A stretch of 63,891 bases of DNA, the filler included, from Mycoplasmatota bacterium (lineage in GTDB: Bacteria; Bacillota_I; Bacilli_A; RF39; UBA660): NCBI GenBank assembly GCA_012727915.1. It is 5 parts of 5 records of this genome, joined end to end, with 100 filler letters (N's around TTAATTAATTAA, not from the genome) between each part and the next. Parts side by side here need not be neighbours in the genome. Positions count along the whole stretch, not along the records: positions 7,547 to 25,677 come from JAAYGD010000056.1; positions 25,778 to 35,835 come from JAAYGD010000057.1; 3 more parts are not named here. The stretch is one strand, 5' to 3'. The position numbers and the translations under genes were made by a program. The notes under the pieces are model-generated. The model saw only the letters and a program-made list of their open reading frames with translations. It searched no databases and was not told the DNA's origin. Of this stretch, positions 21,177 to 33,036 are shown one piece after another (within the stretch, counting starts at the first letter, position 1; the number at the start of each line of letters is the position of its first letter).

Positions 21177-21893
21177 ATGACAAAAAAAGCAGTATTAATA
21201 ATACACGGATTTAGAAGTAATTTAAGTGAAATTAAATATTTAGCGGATACTATAAAGCTTAGCACAAAATTTGATGTATTTACATATACTTTGCCAGGTC
21301 ATGGGAATCATTTATTAAAAAAAGTTAAGTATATTGATTGGATTAACTATTCTGAGGAAATGTTAAATACATTAAAAAAAGGATACGACAGTATATATAT
21401 AATTGGTCATAGTATGGGAGGAGTAATTGCGACCTATCTAGCATCTAAGAATAAAGAAGTTGAAAAAATAGTATTAGTTGCGCCCTCATTTAAGTATTTT
21501 GAATTTTATGATAATATTAATGTAGTAAAAGAGAAATTAAAAGACACAATTAAAGACAAGAAAAAATATTTAGAATTATCTAATAGAGTACTTAATTATC
21601 CTATTTCAAATATAATAGAGTTTAGAAAATTGATAAAAAAATATTATGATTCACCATTAGAAGTTGATTGCTCAGTTCTTATAATTCATGGTACAAAAGA
21701 TATAGTTGTTCCTATATCATCTAGTGAATATGTATTAAATAGTGTTAAAAGTAAAAATAAACATTTAAAAACAGTTAAAGATGCTGATCATAGTATATTA
21801 TATGATTATAAAAAAGAACAAACTGCTAAATATATAAGTAATTATTTAAGAGGAGGAATAATATGGATAATAACGAAAAACTTAAATATATAG
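21177..21893 (+). CDS. Alpha/beta hydrolase (carboxylesterase-like)
   Basis: [26 protein letters not shown] triad residues. Confidence 0.88.
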   Translation: MTKKAVLIIHGFRSNLSEIKYLADTIKLSTKFDVFTYTLPGHGNHLLKKVKYIDWINYSEEMLNTLKKGYDSIYIIGHSMGGVIATYLASKNKEVEKIVLVAPSFKYFEFYDNINVVKEKLKDTIKDKKKYLELSNRVLNYPISNIIEFRKLIKKYYDSPLEVDCSVLIIHGTKDIVVPISSSEYVLNSVKSKNKHLKTVKDADHSILYDYKKEQTAKYISNYLRGGIIWIITKNLNI

Positions 21894-22927
21894 TTGACTC
21901 TTATAATAAAGATATAAAAACAATAGATGATTCATTAAAATTGAATGAAATGAGAGTTAAATATTTAGGGAAAAAAAGTGAAATTCAAGAAATTAGTTTA
22001 AATCTTGGGAGTCTTTCAATAGAAGAAAAGAAAGAATTAGGGAAAAGTTTAAATGAAGCGAAAAAATATATTGAAGGAGATCTTAATAGATTAACTGAAG
22101 AAATAAAAAATAAAGAATTAACTACAAAATTAAATAAAGAAAAGATAGATCTTACTTTACCTGGAACTAAATTTGAATTAGGAACTAAACATCCAATTAG
22201 TATTGTTAGAGAAGAAATAGAAGAGTTATTTGTTTCTATGGGATATGATGTTTTAGATGGACCGGAATTAGAAGAAGATTTATATAATTTTGAAATGCTT
22301 AACATTCCAAAAGGACATCCTGCTAGAGATATGCAAGATAGTTTTTATATTACTGAAGAAAAGTTGCTTAGAACACATACATCTCCAGTACAAGCTAGAG
22401 CAATGTTAAATAATAAAGAAAAATCACCTATAAGAATAATATGTTCTGGTTATACATATAGAAAGGATAATGATGACGCTACTCATTCACACCAATTTCA
22501 TCAAATAGAAGGATTATTTATTGATGAAAATATATCGATGTCTGATTTAAAAGGTACATTAGAATTATTATCTAAAAAACTATTTGGTGAATCAAGAGAA
22601 ATAAGAATTAGGTCAAGTTATTTTCCATTTACTGAACCTAGCATTGAAATAGATATTAGTTGTTTTAATTGTAATAAAAAAGGATGCAGTATATGTAAAA
22701 ACAGCGGATGGATAGAAATACTTGGTGCCGGAATGGTTCATCCTAGTGTACTTAGAATGGGTGGTTATGATCCTGATAAATATTCTGGATTTGCTTTTGG
22801 AATGGGGTTAGAGAGAATAGCAATGTTGAAATTTGGAATTAATGATGTAAGATATTTTTATAGTAATGATATAAGATTTTTAAATCAATTCAACAAGATA
22901 GAAGGTGATTCAAATGAAAGTAAGTAA
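21863..22927 (+). CDS. pheS: Phenylalanyl-tRNA synthetase alpha subunit
   Basis: [35 protein letters not shown]. Confidence 0.98.
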   Translation: MDNNEKLKYIVDSYNKDIKTIDDSLKLNEMRVKYLGKKSEIQEISLNLGSLSIEEKKELGKSLNEAKKYIEGDLNRLTEEIKNKELTTKLNKEKIDLTLPGTKFELGTKHPISIVREEIEELFVSMGYDVLDGPELEEDLYNFEMLNIPKGHPARDMQDSFYITEEKLLRTHTSPVQARAMLNNKEKSPIRIICSGYTYRKDNDDATHSHQFHQIEGLFIDENISMSDLKGTLELLSKKLFGESREIRIRSSYFPFTEPSIEIDISCFNCNKKGCSICKNSGWIEILGAGMVHPSVLRMGGYDPDKYSGFAFGMGLERIAMLKFGINDVRYFYSNDIRFLNQFNKIEGDSNESK

Positions 22928-25286
22928 AAAATGGTTAAGTGAATTCATAGATTTAGATATTTCAACTGATGAATTGGTAGATAAAATGTTAATGATTGGA
23001 AATGAAACCGATTCAATTAATAAATTGAGTGATTCAACTAATTTAGTTGTTGGTCATATAGTTGATAAAAAACCACATCCTGATTCAGACCATTTAAATG
23101 TTTGCATGGTTAATTTGGGAGACAATATATATCAAATAGTGTGTGGGGCTTCAAATGTCGATAAAAATCAAAAAGTAATTGTGGCAAAAGTTGGAGCAAC
23201 TCTTCCTAATGGTTTGGAAATAAAAAAAGCTATAATTAGAGGAATAGAATCAAACGGAATGATATGTTCTTTAGAAGAATTGGGAATAGAATCAAAATAT
23301 ATTGAAAATAAAGATGGAATATATGTATTAGATGATAATGCTCCAATAGGGAAAGATGCTTTAGAGTATATGCATTATGATGATACGATAATAGATTTTT
23401 CTTTAACTGCAAATAGAGGAGATTTACAAAGTATTGTAGGTATGGCATATGAGGTTGGAGCTGTACTAAATAAAAAAATTAAAGAAGATAATTTTAAAAT
23501 AAATGAAATAAATGAAAAACATAATATTAGTATAGTATCTAATACTGATAAGTGTACTTCTTATTTATCTAAAATAGTTAAAAATGTAGTAATAAAAGAA
23601 AGCCCAAATTTTATAAAAGCTAGATTAATGGCTTCTGGAATAAGACCTATAAATAATGTGGTAGATATAAGTAATTATATAATGATTGAATATGGACAAC
23701 CATTACACTTTTTTGATTATGATAAGATAGATAATAATATTATTGTAAGGGAAGCAGACGAAGAAGAAAAATTCAAAACTTTAGATGGAATAGATAGAAT
23801 TTTAAATAAAGGAGATATATTAATAACTAATAAAGATCAAATCTTAGCTGTTGCAGGTGTAATGGGAGGACTTAATTCTGAAGTTACTAATGAGACGAAA
23901 AACATACTCATTGAATCCGCAATATTTAATCCTTTTAGTATAAGAAAAACTTCTAAAAATATTTATAGAAGCGAATCTAGTATTAGATTTGAAAAAGGTG
24001 TTGATCCTTCAAGAACAGAAAAAGCTTTAAACAAAGCAGCTTATTTACTTCAAGAGTATGCTTATGGAGAAGTAGTTAAGGAAATATATGGTTTTAATAA
24101 TAATGAACTAAAAGATAAAGAAATTATGTTATCTCCAAATAAATTAAATAGATTATTAGGAATGAACATAGAGATAAAGTATATAGAAGATATTCTTAAT
24201 AAGTTGAATTTTAAATATGAGAATATAAAAGATAATATAAAAGTTTTTGTGCCTAGAAGAAGGTTAGACATAAATATTGAAGAGGATTTAATTGAAGAAG
24301 TTGGAAGATTATATGGATATAATAATATGAAACCAACTTATCCAATTGGAGTTGTAAAGCTTGGAAGATATAATGATACATATAATTATATTAAAAAAAT
24401 ACACAATAAATTAAGATCTCTTGGATTAAACGAAATAAAGACTTACTCGTTACAAAATGAAAAAGATTTTAATAAGTTTAGTATTAATAATTATTCTTTA
24501 ATTAAACTATTGCAACCTTTATCTGATGAAAGAAATACTTTGAGAAATAGTTTGATTCCATCTATGATTAATACAATAGAGTATAATTTATATAGAAATA
24601 ATAAAGATTTGTTTTTATATGAAATCGGAAAAAGTTATTATATTGATAATGATTATAAAGAAGAAAACAAGCTATGTATTGGAATTACAGGAAAATATTT
24701 ATATAATGATTGGCAACATTCTGTAATAAATTCTGATTTTTATTTATTAAAAGGTATAGTAGAAAGTTTACTGGATTATTTAGGATTAAATAATAGATAT
24801 AAGTTTGTAAATGAAAACATACCTAAGGAATTTCATCCTGGAAAGACTGCAAGTATTTATATAGATAATATACATATAGGATATATTGGAGCTATTAATC
24901 CCACTTTATATGACGAAGAAATATATGTTGTTGAATTAAGCATTGAAAAATTAATTACTTTAAAGACTAGAAATATTAAATATAAAGAAATAACTAAATA
25001 TCCATCTATAATAAAAGATTTATCGTTTATTATAGATAAATCAATAAACTCAATAGATGTTGTTAACACCATAAAAAAATCAAATAGTAAAGTAATAGAG
25101 AAAGTTGAAGTATTTGATTTATATTTAGGAGAAAAAATCGAATCTAATAAGGTATCTCTTGGTTTTAAAATAACATTCACGGATAATACAAAAACATTAA
25201 CAGATTCTGAAGTAAATATATATTTTAATAAAATAATAGAGGATGTTTTAAAGACATATGAGGGTTCAATTTTAAGAGATAAATAA
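22914..25286 (+). CDS. pheT: Phenylalanyl-tRNA synthetase beta subunit
   Basis: [38 protein letters not shown] tail. Confidence 0.97.
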   Translation: MKVSKKWLSEFIDLDISTDELVDKMLMIGNETDSINKLSDSTNLVVGHIVDKKPHPDSDHLNVCMVNLGDNIYQIVCGASNVDKNQKVIVAKVGATLPNGLEIKKAIIRGIESNGMICSLEELGIESKYIENKDGIYVLDDNAPIGKDALEYMHYDDTIIDFSLTANRGDLQSIVGMAYEVGAVLNKKIKEDNFKINEINEKHNISIVSNTDKCTSYLSKIVKNVVIKESPNFIKARLMASGIRPINNVVDISNYIMIEYGQPLHFFDYDKIDNNIIVREADEEEKFKTLDGIDRILNKGDILITNKDQILAVAGVMGGLNSEVTNETKNILIESAIFNPFSIRKTSKNIYRSESSIRFEKGVDPSRTEKALNKAAYLLQEYAYGEVVKEIYGFNNNELKDKEIMLSPNKLNRLLGMNIEIKYIEDILNKLNFKYENIKDNIKVFVPRRRLDINIEEDLIEEVGRLYGYNNMKPTYPIGVVKLGRYNDTYNYIKKIHNKLRSLGLNEIKTYSLQNEKDFNKFSINNYSLIKLLQPLSDERNTLRNSLIPSMINTIEYNLYRNNKDLFLYEIGKSYYIDNDYKEENKLCIGITGKYLYNDWQHSVINSDFYLLKGIVESLLDYLGLNNRYKFVNENIPKEFHPGKTASIYIDNIHIGYIGAINPTLYDEEIYVVELSIEKLITLKTRNIKYKEITKYPSIIKDLSFIIDKSINSIDVVNTIKKSNSKVIEKVEVFDLYLGEKIESNKVSLGFKITFTDNTKTLTDSEVNIYFNKIIEDVLKTYEGSILRDK

Positions 25287-25339
25287 TTATTGAATAAGAA
25301 GCTTTAATATGCTATACTTTTCTTATAGGAGGAATAAAT

Positions 25340-25677
25340 ATGGAATGGTTATACATCTTAATTGGTGTAGTAGTTGTAGTTGGTTTATTTGTTACTGGTA
25401 CTTATAATGCTTTAGTAAGTGCTAGAAATAGAGCAAAAGATCAATGGGCACAAGTTGATGTTCAATTAAAGAAAAGATTTGATTTAATACCAAATTTAGT
25501 AGAGACTGTAAAGGGTTATGCTAAGCACGAAAAAGACACTTTTGAGCAAGTAGTAGAAGCTAGAAATAAATTTAATTCAGCTAATACACCAGAACAAGAA
25601 ATGCAAGCAGCTGGAGAATTAAACGGAGTTTTAAGTAGATTATTCGCTTTAGCTGAAGCTTATCCAGAATTAAAAGC
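25340..25677 (+). CDS. lemA: LemA family protein (truncated by contig end)
   Basis: YNALV, DVQLKKRFDLIPNLVETVKGY..HE, AEAYPELK. Confidence 0.92.
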
Positions 25678-25777
25678 NNNNNNNNNNNNNNNNNNNNNNN
25701 NNNNNNNNNNNNNNNNNNNNNTTAATTAATTAANNNNNNNNNNNNNNNNNNNNNNNNNNNNNNNNNNNNNNNNNNNN
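25678..25777. other. Artificial contig-join spacer
   Basis: N run with TTAATTAATTAA. Confidence 0.98.
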
Positions 25778-26829
25778 GTACAGGTGGGCATATTTATCCT
25801 GCTCTAGCAATATATGAAAAAATAATGGAAAAAGAACCTAAATCTAAAATTTTATATATTGGTACTACTGATAGAATGGAAAAAGATATTGTACCTAAAA
25901 GAAATATTGAATATATTGCTTTAAAAACAAGCGGTATAAATAGAAAAAATATATTTAAAACTATTAAATCTTTGTATTATTTTATTAATGCAGTAAATGA
26001 GTCAAAAAAGATAATAAAAGATTTTAAACCAGAAATAGTTATTGGTGTTGGAGGATACATTTCTGCTCCTGTTATATATGCAGCTAAAAAATTAAACATT
26101 AAAACAGTAATTCATGAACAAAATAGTGTTTTTGGTTTATCTAATAAAATGTTATTAAAGTATTCAAATATAATTTTCACTTCATTACCCAATACAATAG
26201 AAAAAGCAAATAAATATAGGAATAAAGTTGTTTTTTCGGGGAATCCTTGTAGTGAAATGGCTTTAAAAAAAGAAATTAGAAAAAAGGAAGAATTGGGATT
26301 CGATAGGTCAAAAAAACTAATTATGATTGTTATGGGGTCTTTGGGTTCTATGGTAGTAAATCAAAAACTTAAAGAAATACTTCCTAATTTTAAAAATAAA
26401 AACTATGAGATATTATTTATAACTGGAAAAGATTATTATGAAGAATATAAAGATATAAATATAAAAAATGTAAAAATATTTCCTTATATTGAAGATATGG
26501 TTAGGATTTTAAAAGATGTTGATTTATTGATATCTAGAGCGGGAGCAACTACTATTAGTGAAATTATTGCGTTGTCTGTACCTTCAATATTAATACCTAG
26601 TCCTTACGTAACCGAAAATCATCAATATAAAAATGCAATGGATTTAGTCAATAAAGATGCAGCTATTTTAGTAGAAGAAAAAGATTTAAATAATTTAATT
26701 GAATGTGTAGATAATTTGATATATGATGAAAATAAATTAAATAATATAAAAGATAATTTATCTAAATTAAAAATTAATGATAGCGCTAGTATTATCTATA
26801 ATAATATAAAAAAATTAATAGGAGAATAA
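25778..26829 (+). CDS. murG: Lipid II GlcNAc transferase MurG (5' truncated)
   Basis: Frame starts (G)TGGHIYPALA; GGYIS, HEQNS, GSLGS, SRAGATT, HQ..NA. Confidence 0.95.
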
Positions 26830-26830
26830 T

Positions 26831-27724
26831 ATGGATATAATTTCAATGATAAAAAAAACCAAAATAGGGAAGATATTAGAAAATGTTCCTATGTCAGAAC
26901 ATACCACATATAAAGTTGGTGGAAAAGCTACTATTGTTTTTCCTAAGAATATTGAAAAATTAATTCAATTAATAAAATTATTAGATGAAAATAAAATTAA
27001 TTTTAAAATATTAGGAAATGGATCTAATGTAATATTTAAAGATTCAGATTATGAAGGAATAATTATTAATTTAAAAGAATTTAAAGATATAAATATAGAA
27101 GGCTTTACTGTTAGAGCGGGTGCAGGTGTTAATTTGATGGAACTTGCTTATAAAACTTCAAGATTAGGTTTAACTGGATTAGAATTTGCAACTGGAATTC
27201 CAGGCACATTAGGTGGAGCAATATACATGAATGCAGGAGCTTATAAATCTGATATGGGATATATTGTTAGTGAAATTAGAGTATTAACTCCTGATTTAAA
27301 AATAATGACTTTATACAATAAGGATTTAAATTTTCATTATAGAACATCATTTTTAAAAGAAAATTTGGGATATATTTGTTTAGAAGCCAAATTGATATTA
27401 AAATACGGAAATAAAGTTGAAATAAAGAAAGTAATTGAAGATAGAAAACAAAAAAGATGGTTATCTCAACCATTAGAATATCCTTGTGCTGGGAGTGTGT
27501 TTAGAAATCCTGAAAATGATTTTGCGGGAAGGTTAATTGAAGAATGTAATTTAAAAGGTAAAATTATTGGAGGAGCTATGATTAGTTCAAAACATGCTAA
27601 TTTTATAATTAATCATGGTAATGCTTCTGCTAAAGACATTAAAGATTTAATAAAATTAGCGCAAAAAGAAGTGAAAAATAAATTTAATATTGATTTGTAT
27701 TTGGAACAAGAAATTATTGAATAG
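26831..27724 (+). CDS. murB: UDP-N-acetylenolpyruvoylglucosamine reductase
   Basis: GNGSN, GIPGTLGGAIYMNAGAY, AGSVFRNP, KHANF. Confidence 0.97.
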   Translation: MDIISMIKKTKIGKILENVPMSEHTTYKVGGKATIVFPKNIEKLIQLIKLLDENKINFKILGNGSNVIFKDSDYEGIIINLKEFKDINIEGFTVRAGAGVNLMELAYKTSRLGLTGLEFATGIPGTLGGAIYMNAGAYKSDMGYIVSEIRVLTPDLKIMTLYNKDLNFHYRTSFLKENLGYICLEAKLILKYGNKVEIKKVIEDRKQKRWLSQPLEYPCAGSVFRNPENDFAGRLIEECNLKGKIIGGAMISSKHANFIINHGNASAKDIKDLIKLAQKEVKNKFNIDLYLEQEIIE

Positions 27725-27731
27725 GAGAAAT

Positions 27732-28394
27732 ATGGAACCTAAAAAGAAAAAATTAAATATTAAGAAATTATTAGTATTCATATTAATTTTATATTTAATA
27801 GGAAGTTTTCTTTTTACTTTAATAACTTATCCAATAAAAAACATATATGTTTTAAATAATATTAATTTAACAGATCAGGAAATTATAGATATATCTGGAT
27901 TAAGAAATTATCCAAGTATTATCTTCACAACAAAAGCTAGTATTATTAATAAATTGAAAAAAAATCCTTTGATTAGTTCTGTTAATGTTGAGAAAACTAT
28001 AAAAGGAAAAATAACAATAACTGTTAAAGAAAACAGACCTTTGTTTTATGATTCTATTAAAAAAAGAAGTATATTAAGTAATATGAAAGAAGTTGAGAAA
28101 GAATATAATGTTCCAATTTTAACTAATTCTATGCCTAAAGAAATATATGAAAAGTTAATAGAATCAATGTATTTAATAGATGAAGATGTATTATTAAAAT
28201 TATCAGAAATAGAATACTCTATTAATGAAAAAGATACCGAAAGATTTTTGATAAAAACAACAGATAAAATAAGAATATATGTAAATATATTAAAATTTGA
28301 TGATTTAAATTATTATAACGAGTTGTTACCAACTTTGAACAACAAAACAGGGACATGGTATTTAGATTATGGTAATTATTTTGTAAGTGATTGA
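27732..28394 (+). CDS. divIB: Cell division protein DivIB/FtsQ
   Basis: N-term TM, POTRA-like region, between murB and ftsA. Confidence 0.75.
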   Translation: MEPKKKKLNIKKLLVFILILYLIGSFLFTLITYPIKNIYVLNNINLTDQEIIDISGLRNYPSIIFTTKASIINKLKKNPLISSVNVEKTIKGKITITVKENRPLFYDSIKKRSILSNMKEVEKEYNVPILTNSMPKEIYEKLIESMYLIDEDVLLKLSEIEYSINEKDTERFLIKTTDKIRIYVNILKFDDLNYYNELLPTLNNKTGTWYLDYGNYFVSD

Positions 28395-28435
28395 TAAAAT
28401 CAAGATATTTATAGTATAATAAATATAAGGAGAAT

Positions 28436-29677
28436 ATGATGAGGAAGATATATACAAGTATTGATATTGGTACTAGTTATGTTAAAGTATTAGTTTCTGA
28501 ATTAATTTTAGAAAAAGTATATGTTTTGGCTTCTTCATCAGTTAAGTCTAAAGGTATTAAAAAAGGTTTGATAGTGGATGCTAATGAGGCTGTAATATCT
28601 ATTAAAGAAGCAATATCAAATGTAGAAGGAAAATTAGGTATAAAAATTGATAAGATTATAGCGAATGTCCCATCTTATAATGTAAATTATGATATAATAA
28701 GTGGCTATACTGAGGTTAATTCAGAAGATTTCAAAGTAGATGGTAATGATATTCTTAAAGCAATACAAAATGGTGTTTCAAGTGTTCTTGATGACACTAG
28801 GGAATTGGTATCAATTATTCCAATAGATTTTGTTTTAGATGGAAATAATATGATAAAAGATCCAAAAGGTTTAGTAGGGCATAAATTAGAAGCAAAATGT
28901 ATGATGGTAACAACACCTCAAAAAAATGTTCATTCTATAATGGGGATATTAGAAAGTATTGGTATTAAAATTACTGATGTAAATATTGGACCTATTGCAG
29001 ATTATGAAACCTTTAGAACAAAAGAGATAGATAAAGATATGGTTGCAATAATTAATATTGGTGGAGAAACCACAACGGTATCATTGTTTAATAAAGGAAT
29101 TATAGTTAATTCAGAGATTTTGAAAATTGGTGGAAATAATATAGATAATGACATTTCCTATGTATTTAAATTATCTAGTGAAGATAGTAAAAAAATTAAA
29201 GAAAAATTTGCATTAGCGCATAAGAAATTTGCTAAAATAAATGAAGTTCATGAGATGTTAACAACTGATAGAGATTTAGTTAAAATTAATCAATATGATT
29301 TATCTCAAGTTGTAATGTCAAGATTAGAGGAAATACTAGAATTAGCAAAAAAACAACTTTTCCTCTTAACAAACAAAGAAATTAAGTATATAATTATTAC
29401 AGGTGGTAGTAGCGAATTACCTCAAATGCAATATATAGTAGATGAAATATTTGTTAATAATGCTTATGTATCAAAAATAGAAGATATAGGAATAAGGAGC
29501 AATAAATATTCTACAGTAGTTGGATTAATTAAGTTTTTTGAAAAAAAATTAAATATGAGAGGGAAAGAATATTCTATGTTCTCAATTGATAAACAGCAAG
29601 ATATATCTATTCCAAAAAGAAAAGGAATAGGAGAAGACTCTATTTTAGGAAAAGTTTTTGGAATATTTTTTGATTAG
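28436..29677 (+). CDS. ftsA: Cell division protein FtsA
   Basis: IDIGTS, NIGGETT, GG..I..DI, TGGSS, amphipathic C-terminal tail. Confidence 0.93.
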   Translation: MMRKIYTSIDIGTSYVKVLVSELILEKVYVLASSSVKSKGIKKGLIVDANEAVISIKEAISNVEGKLGIKIDKIIANVPSYNVNYDIISGYTEVNSEDFKVDGNDILKAIQNGVSSVLDDTRELVSIIPIDFVLDGNNMIKDPKGLVGHKLEAKCMMVTTPQKNVHSIMGILESIGIKITDVNIGPIADYETFRTKEIDKDMVAIINIGGETTTVSLFNKGIIVNSEILKIGGNNIDNDISYVFKLSSEDSKKIKEKFALAHKKFAKINEVHEMLTTDRDLVKINQYDLSQVVMSRLEEILELAKKQLFLLTNKEIKYIIITGGSSELPQMQYIVDEIFVNNAYVSKIEDIGIRSNKYSTVVGLIKFFEKKLNMRGKEYSMFSIDKQQDISIPKRKGIGEDSILGKVFGIFFD

Positions 29678-29685
29678 GAGGAAGT

Positions 29686-30756
29686 ATGTTTGGATTGGAA
29701 ATGGATCAGTTAGCTAAAATAAAAGTAATTGGTGTTGGTGGAGCTGGGAATAACGCAATAAACAGAATGGTTGATTCTGGAGTAAAAGGTGTTGAATTTA
29801 TAGCGGCTAATACTGATGGTCAAGCTTTAAAGCTTTCTAAAGCTAATGTAAAAGTACAATTAGGAGAGAAATTAACTGGTGGACTTGGTGCTGGTGCTAA
29901 TCCAGAAGTAGGAAGAGAAGCAGCATTAGAAACTAAAGAGCAAATTAAAGCAGCATTAGAAAATGCTGATATGGTTTTTATTACTTGTGGATTAGGTGGA
30001 GGAACTGGAACTGGAGCATCTCCAATTATTGCTGAGATAGCAAAAGATTTAGGAGCTCTTACTGTTGCAATTGTAACTAAACCATTTTCATTTGAAGGTA
30101 AAAAGAGAATGAATCAAGCTATTATGGGATTAGAAGAATTAAGAAAAAATGTTGATACAACGATAGTAATTCCAAATGATAGATTAAGAGAAATAATTGA
30201 AAAAAATACTCCTATGTTAGATGCTTTTAAAGAAGTAGATAATGTTTTAAGAAGAGGAGTTCAATCAATATCTGATTTGATAGCAGTTACAGGGCTTATA
30301 AACTTAGACTTCGCAGATGTTAGAGTGGTAATGAAGAACAGTGGTAATGCATTGATAGGTATTGGTATAGGAAGTGGAGAAAATAGAGCTGTAGAAGCCG
30401 CTAAACAAGCTGTAAGTAGTCCTTTATTAGAAGAAAGTATAGATGGAGCAACAAATGCTATTATAAATGTTACTGGAGGCGCAAATCTTAATTTGTTTGA
30501 AGTAGAAGATGCAGTAGAAGTAATTAGAGCTGCAGCTAAAACAGATATTGATACAATATTTGGAGCAGTTATTAATGAAAACTTAAAAGATGAAATAATA
30601 GTAACTGTAATCGCAACAGGATTTGATGAAGGAAGACAAAAAAACGAAAAAATGAAACAAGTTGAAGAAGTTCAAGAAAGAGTAGTAACTAATATTGAAG
30701 AACCTAAAAAAGGTATAGACATTCCTCCATTCTTGAGAGATAAGAAAAATTTTTAA
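29686..30756 (+). CDS. ftsZ: Cell division protein FtsZ
   Basis: [30 protein letters not shown]. Confidence 0.99.
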   Translation: MFGLEMDQLAKIKVIGVGGAGNNAINRMVDSGVKGVEFIAANTDGQALKLSKANVKVQLGEKLTGGLGAGANPEVGREAALETKEQIKAALENADMVFITCGLGGGTGTGASPIIAEIAKDLGALTVAIVTKPFSFEGKKRMNQAIMGLEELRKNVDTTIVIPNDRLREIIEKNTPMLDAFKEVDNVLRRGVQSISDLIAVTGLINLDFADVRVVMKNSGNALIGIGIGSGENRAVEAAKQAVSSPLLEESIDGATNAIINVTGGANLNLFEVEDAVEVIRAAAKTDIDTIFGAVINENLKDEIIVTVIATGFDEGRQKNEKMKQVEEVQERVVTNIEEPKKGIDIPPFLRDKKNF

Positions 30757-30775
30757 GTAGAGATATCTACTTTTT
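30757..30775 (+). terminator. Terminator after ftsZ
   Basis: GTAGA-GATA-TCTAC followed by TTTTT. Confidence 0.55.
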
Positions 30776-30831
30776 AATTTGACAAAAAACAAAAACAAAG
30801 TATAATAAATTGGGTATGAATGGAGATTTTT

Positions 30832-31206
30832 ATGAGTGAAAAAAAAACAAATGTTCAACAAGAAAGATATGCTGCTGAAGCATTAAATGAAGAAATTAAG
30901 TATGAAAAATTAGAAGGAGAATTTAAAAGAAGAAGAACAATATATAGAACGTTTCTTCCTTTGAGTGTAGTTTGTTTGGGGATTCTTGCAAACAACATAT
31001 TTTTTGAAGATAAAGTTCCAATTTCTAATGGATGTATGATTCCATTTTCACTTGTTTTTAGTGTTATTACTGTATCAAATTATATAGAAAAAAAGAAGGT
31101 TAAAACTTTGATGACTTATCAACGAGAGAAGTTAAATTGCACAAGAGATAACTTGGATTTAGAAGGTTTTAAAAAGTTAGAATTATTAAGAGAAGAGAAG
31201 AAATAA
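30832..31206 (+). CDS. Hypothetical two-TM membrane protein
   Basis: Own TTGACA/TATAAT promoter at about 30779-30807, GGAG RBS, two hydrophobic segments. Confidence 0.7.
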   Translation: MSEKKTNVQQERYAAEALNEEIKYEKLEGEFKRRRTIYRTFLPLSVVCLGILANNIFFEDKVPISNGCMIPFSLVFSVITVSNYIEKKKVKTLMTYQREKLNCTRDNLDLEGFKKLELLREEKK

Positions 31207-31246
31207 AATTCTTTTCTTTTTGTGATATAATAATTTCGAGGTATAT

Positions 31247-32272
31247 ATGAATAATATTTATAATATAACTAGAGAAGAATTAGAAGAGTTTTTTATTAAT
31301 AATAATGAAAAAAGATTTAGAGCTATTCAAACATTTGAATGGATTTATAAAAAAAGAATAAAATCTTTTGAAGAAATTGGAAATATAAGTAAAAATACTA
31401 TAGAAAAATTATCTAATAATTTTTCTTTTTATACTATTAAAATTATAAAAATAGAAAAATCCAAGGAAGTAAATAAATATTTATTTGAATTAGAAGATGG
31501 TAACAATATTGAATCTGTATTAATGTTTCATGATTATGGAATTAGTTTGTGTATTTCAACTCAAGTAGGATGTTCTATGGGATGTTCTTTTTGTGAGAGC
31601 GGAAGATACGGAAAAACTAGAAATTTATATACATATGAAATGGTTCAACAAATATTAGAAATAGAAAAAGATATTGATAAAAGGATAACTCATGTTGTAT
31701 TAATGGGGATTGGGGAACCTTTTGATAATTATGATAATGTTATGAAATTTATTAGAATAATTAATGATCCTAAAGGTATTGAAATTGGAGCAAGACATAT
31801 TACTTTATCTACTTGTGGAATTATACCAAAAATCAAAGATTTTGGTAATGAAGGATTGCAAGTTAATTTAGCAATAAGTTTGCATGCTCCAAATGATGAA
31901 TTAAGAAATAAATTAATGCCAATAAATAAGGTTTATCCAATTAAAGAACTAATTGAATCTATAAAAGAATATATTAATAAAACAAATAGAAGAGTTACTT
32001 TTGAATATGTAATGATAAAAGGTATAAATGATACAAAAGAATGTGCTTTAGAACTTTCAAAGTTAATAAAAGGAATTAATTGTTATGTAAACTTAATTCC
32101 TTATAATGATAATAATTATGATGGATATGAAAGTAGTAGTGATTGTGAAATTATGTCGTTTTATGATATACTTAAGTGTGAAGAAATAAATGTAACAATA
32201 AGGAAAAAGTTTGGAGATACTATAACTGCTGCATGTGGTCAGTTAAGATCAAAAAACATGGAGGAATTATGA
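31247..32272 (+). CDS. rlmN: Radical SAM rRNA/tRNA methyltransferase RlmN
   Basis: CISTQVGCSMGCSFC, MGIGEP, SLHAP, AACGQL. Confidence 0.96.
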   Translation: MNNIYNITREELEEFFINNNEKRFRAIQTFEWIYKKRIKSFEEIGNISKNTIEKLSNNFSFYTIKIIKIEKSKEVNKYLFELEDGNNIESVLMFHDYGISLCISTQVGCSMGCSFCESGRYGKTRNLYTYEMVQQILEIEKDIDKRITHVVLMGIGEPFDNYDNVMKFIRIINDPKGIEIGARHITLSTCGIIPKIKDFGNEGLQVNLAISLHAPNDELRNKLMPINKVYPIKELIESIKEYINKTNRRVTFEYVMIKGINDTKECALELSKLIKGINCYVNLIPYNDNNYDGYESSSDCEIMSFYDILKCEEINVTIRKKFGDTITAACGQLRSKNMEEL

Positions 32273-33036
32273 AAACATTTTATTTGACTGATACTGGAAA
32301 AGTAAGAAGTCATAATGAAGATAATGTAGTAATTTATAAGAATGAAAACAATGAATTTATGATGGCAATAGCAGATGGAATGGGAGGACATAAAGCAGGA
32401 GAAATAGCGTCTTTTATTGCAACTAATAAATTGACAACTGAGTTTTTAAAAAAAGACCATGTGGGTGATAAAGAATCTGCTGAAGCTTGGATAAAACAAA
32501 TGTATACAGAAATAAATGATGAAATATTTGAATATACTGATGAACACCCTGAAAGTAAAGGAATGGGCACAACATTAGTAATGTGCTTATTTACTAAAGA
32601 TTATCTTTTGTTTGCAAATATAGGGGATAGTTCTGGATTTGTTACTAAAGAAAACAAATTATTTAAAGTAACTAAAGACCATACTTTAACTAATTTATTA
32701 ATTAATACTGGAGATTTAACAGAAGAGGAAGCAAAAAATCATCCTCAAAAAAACATAATAATGAAAGCTTTGGGTGCGATTAATCCTGTAAGACCTGATT
32801 TATTTTATGTTGAAGATGAGGTTGATTCTATTTTAATGTGTAGTGATGGGTTAACTACTATGTTAAATATCGAACAAATAGAAAAAGTATTAAATAGTGA
32901 TTTAACAATGGAAGAAAAAGTAATGAGATTAATTAAAAGAAGTAATAATAGGGGTGGAACTGATAATATATCAGTTGCGTATTTAGTAAAAGAGGACGGT
33001 GATTTGTGTGATAGCAAAAGGTCAAAAGATAAATAA
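32269..33036 (+). CDS. prpC: PP2C-type Ser/Thr phosphatase
   Basis: GKVRSHNED, ADGMGGH, GDS, CSDGL, GGTDNIS. Confidence 0.93.
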   Translation: MKTFYLTDTGKVRSHNEDNVVIYKNENNEFMMAIADGMGGHKAGEIASFIATNKLTTEFLKKDHVGDKESAEAWIKQMYTEINDEIFEYTDEHPESKGMGTTLVMCLFTKDYLLFANIGDSSGFVTKENKLFKVTKDHTLTNLLINTGDLTEEEAKNHPQKNIIMKALGAINPVRPDLFYVEDEVDSILMCSDGLTTMLNIEQIEKVLNSDLTMEEKVMRLIKRSNNRGGTDNISVAYLVKEDGDLCDSKRSKDK

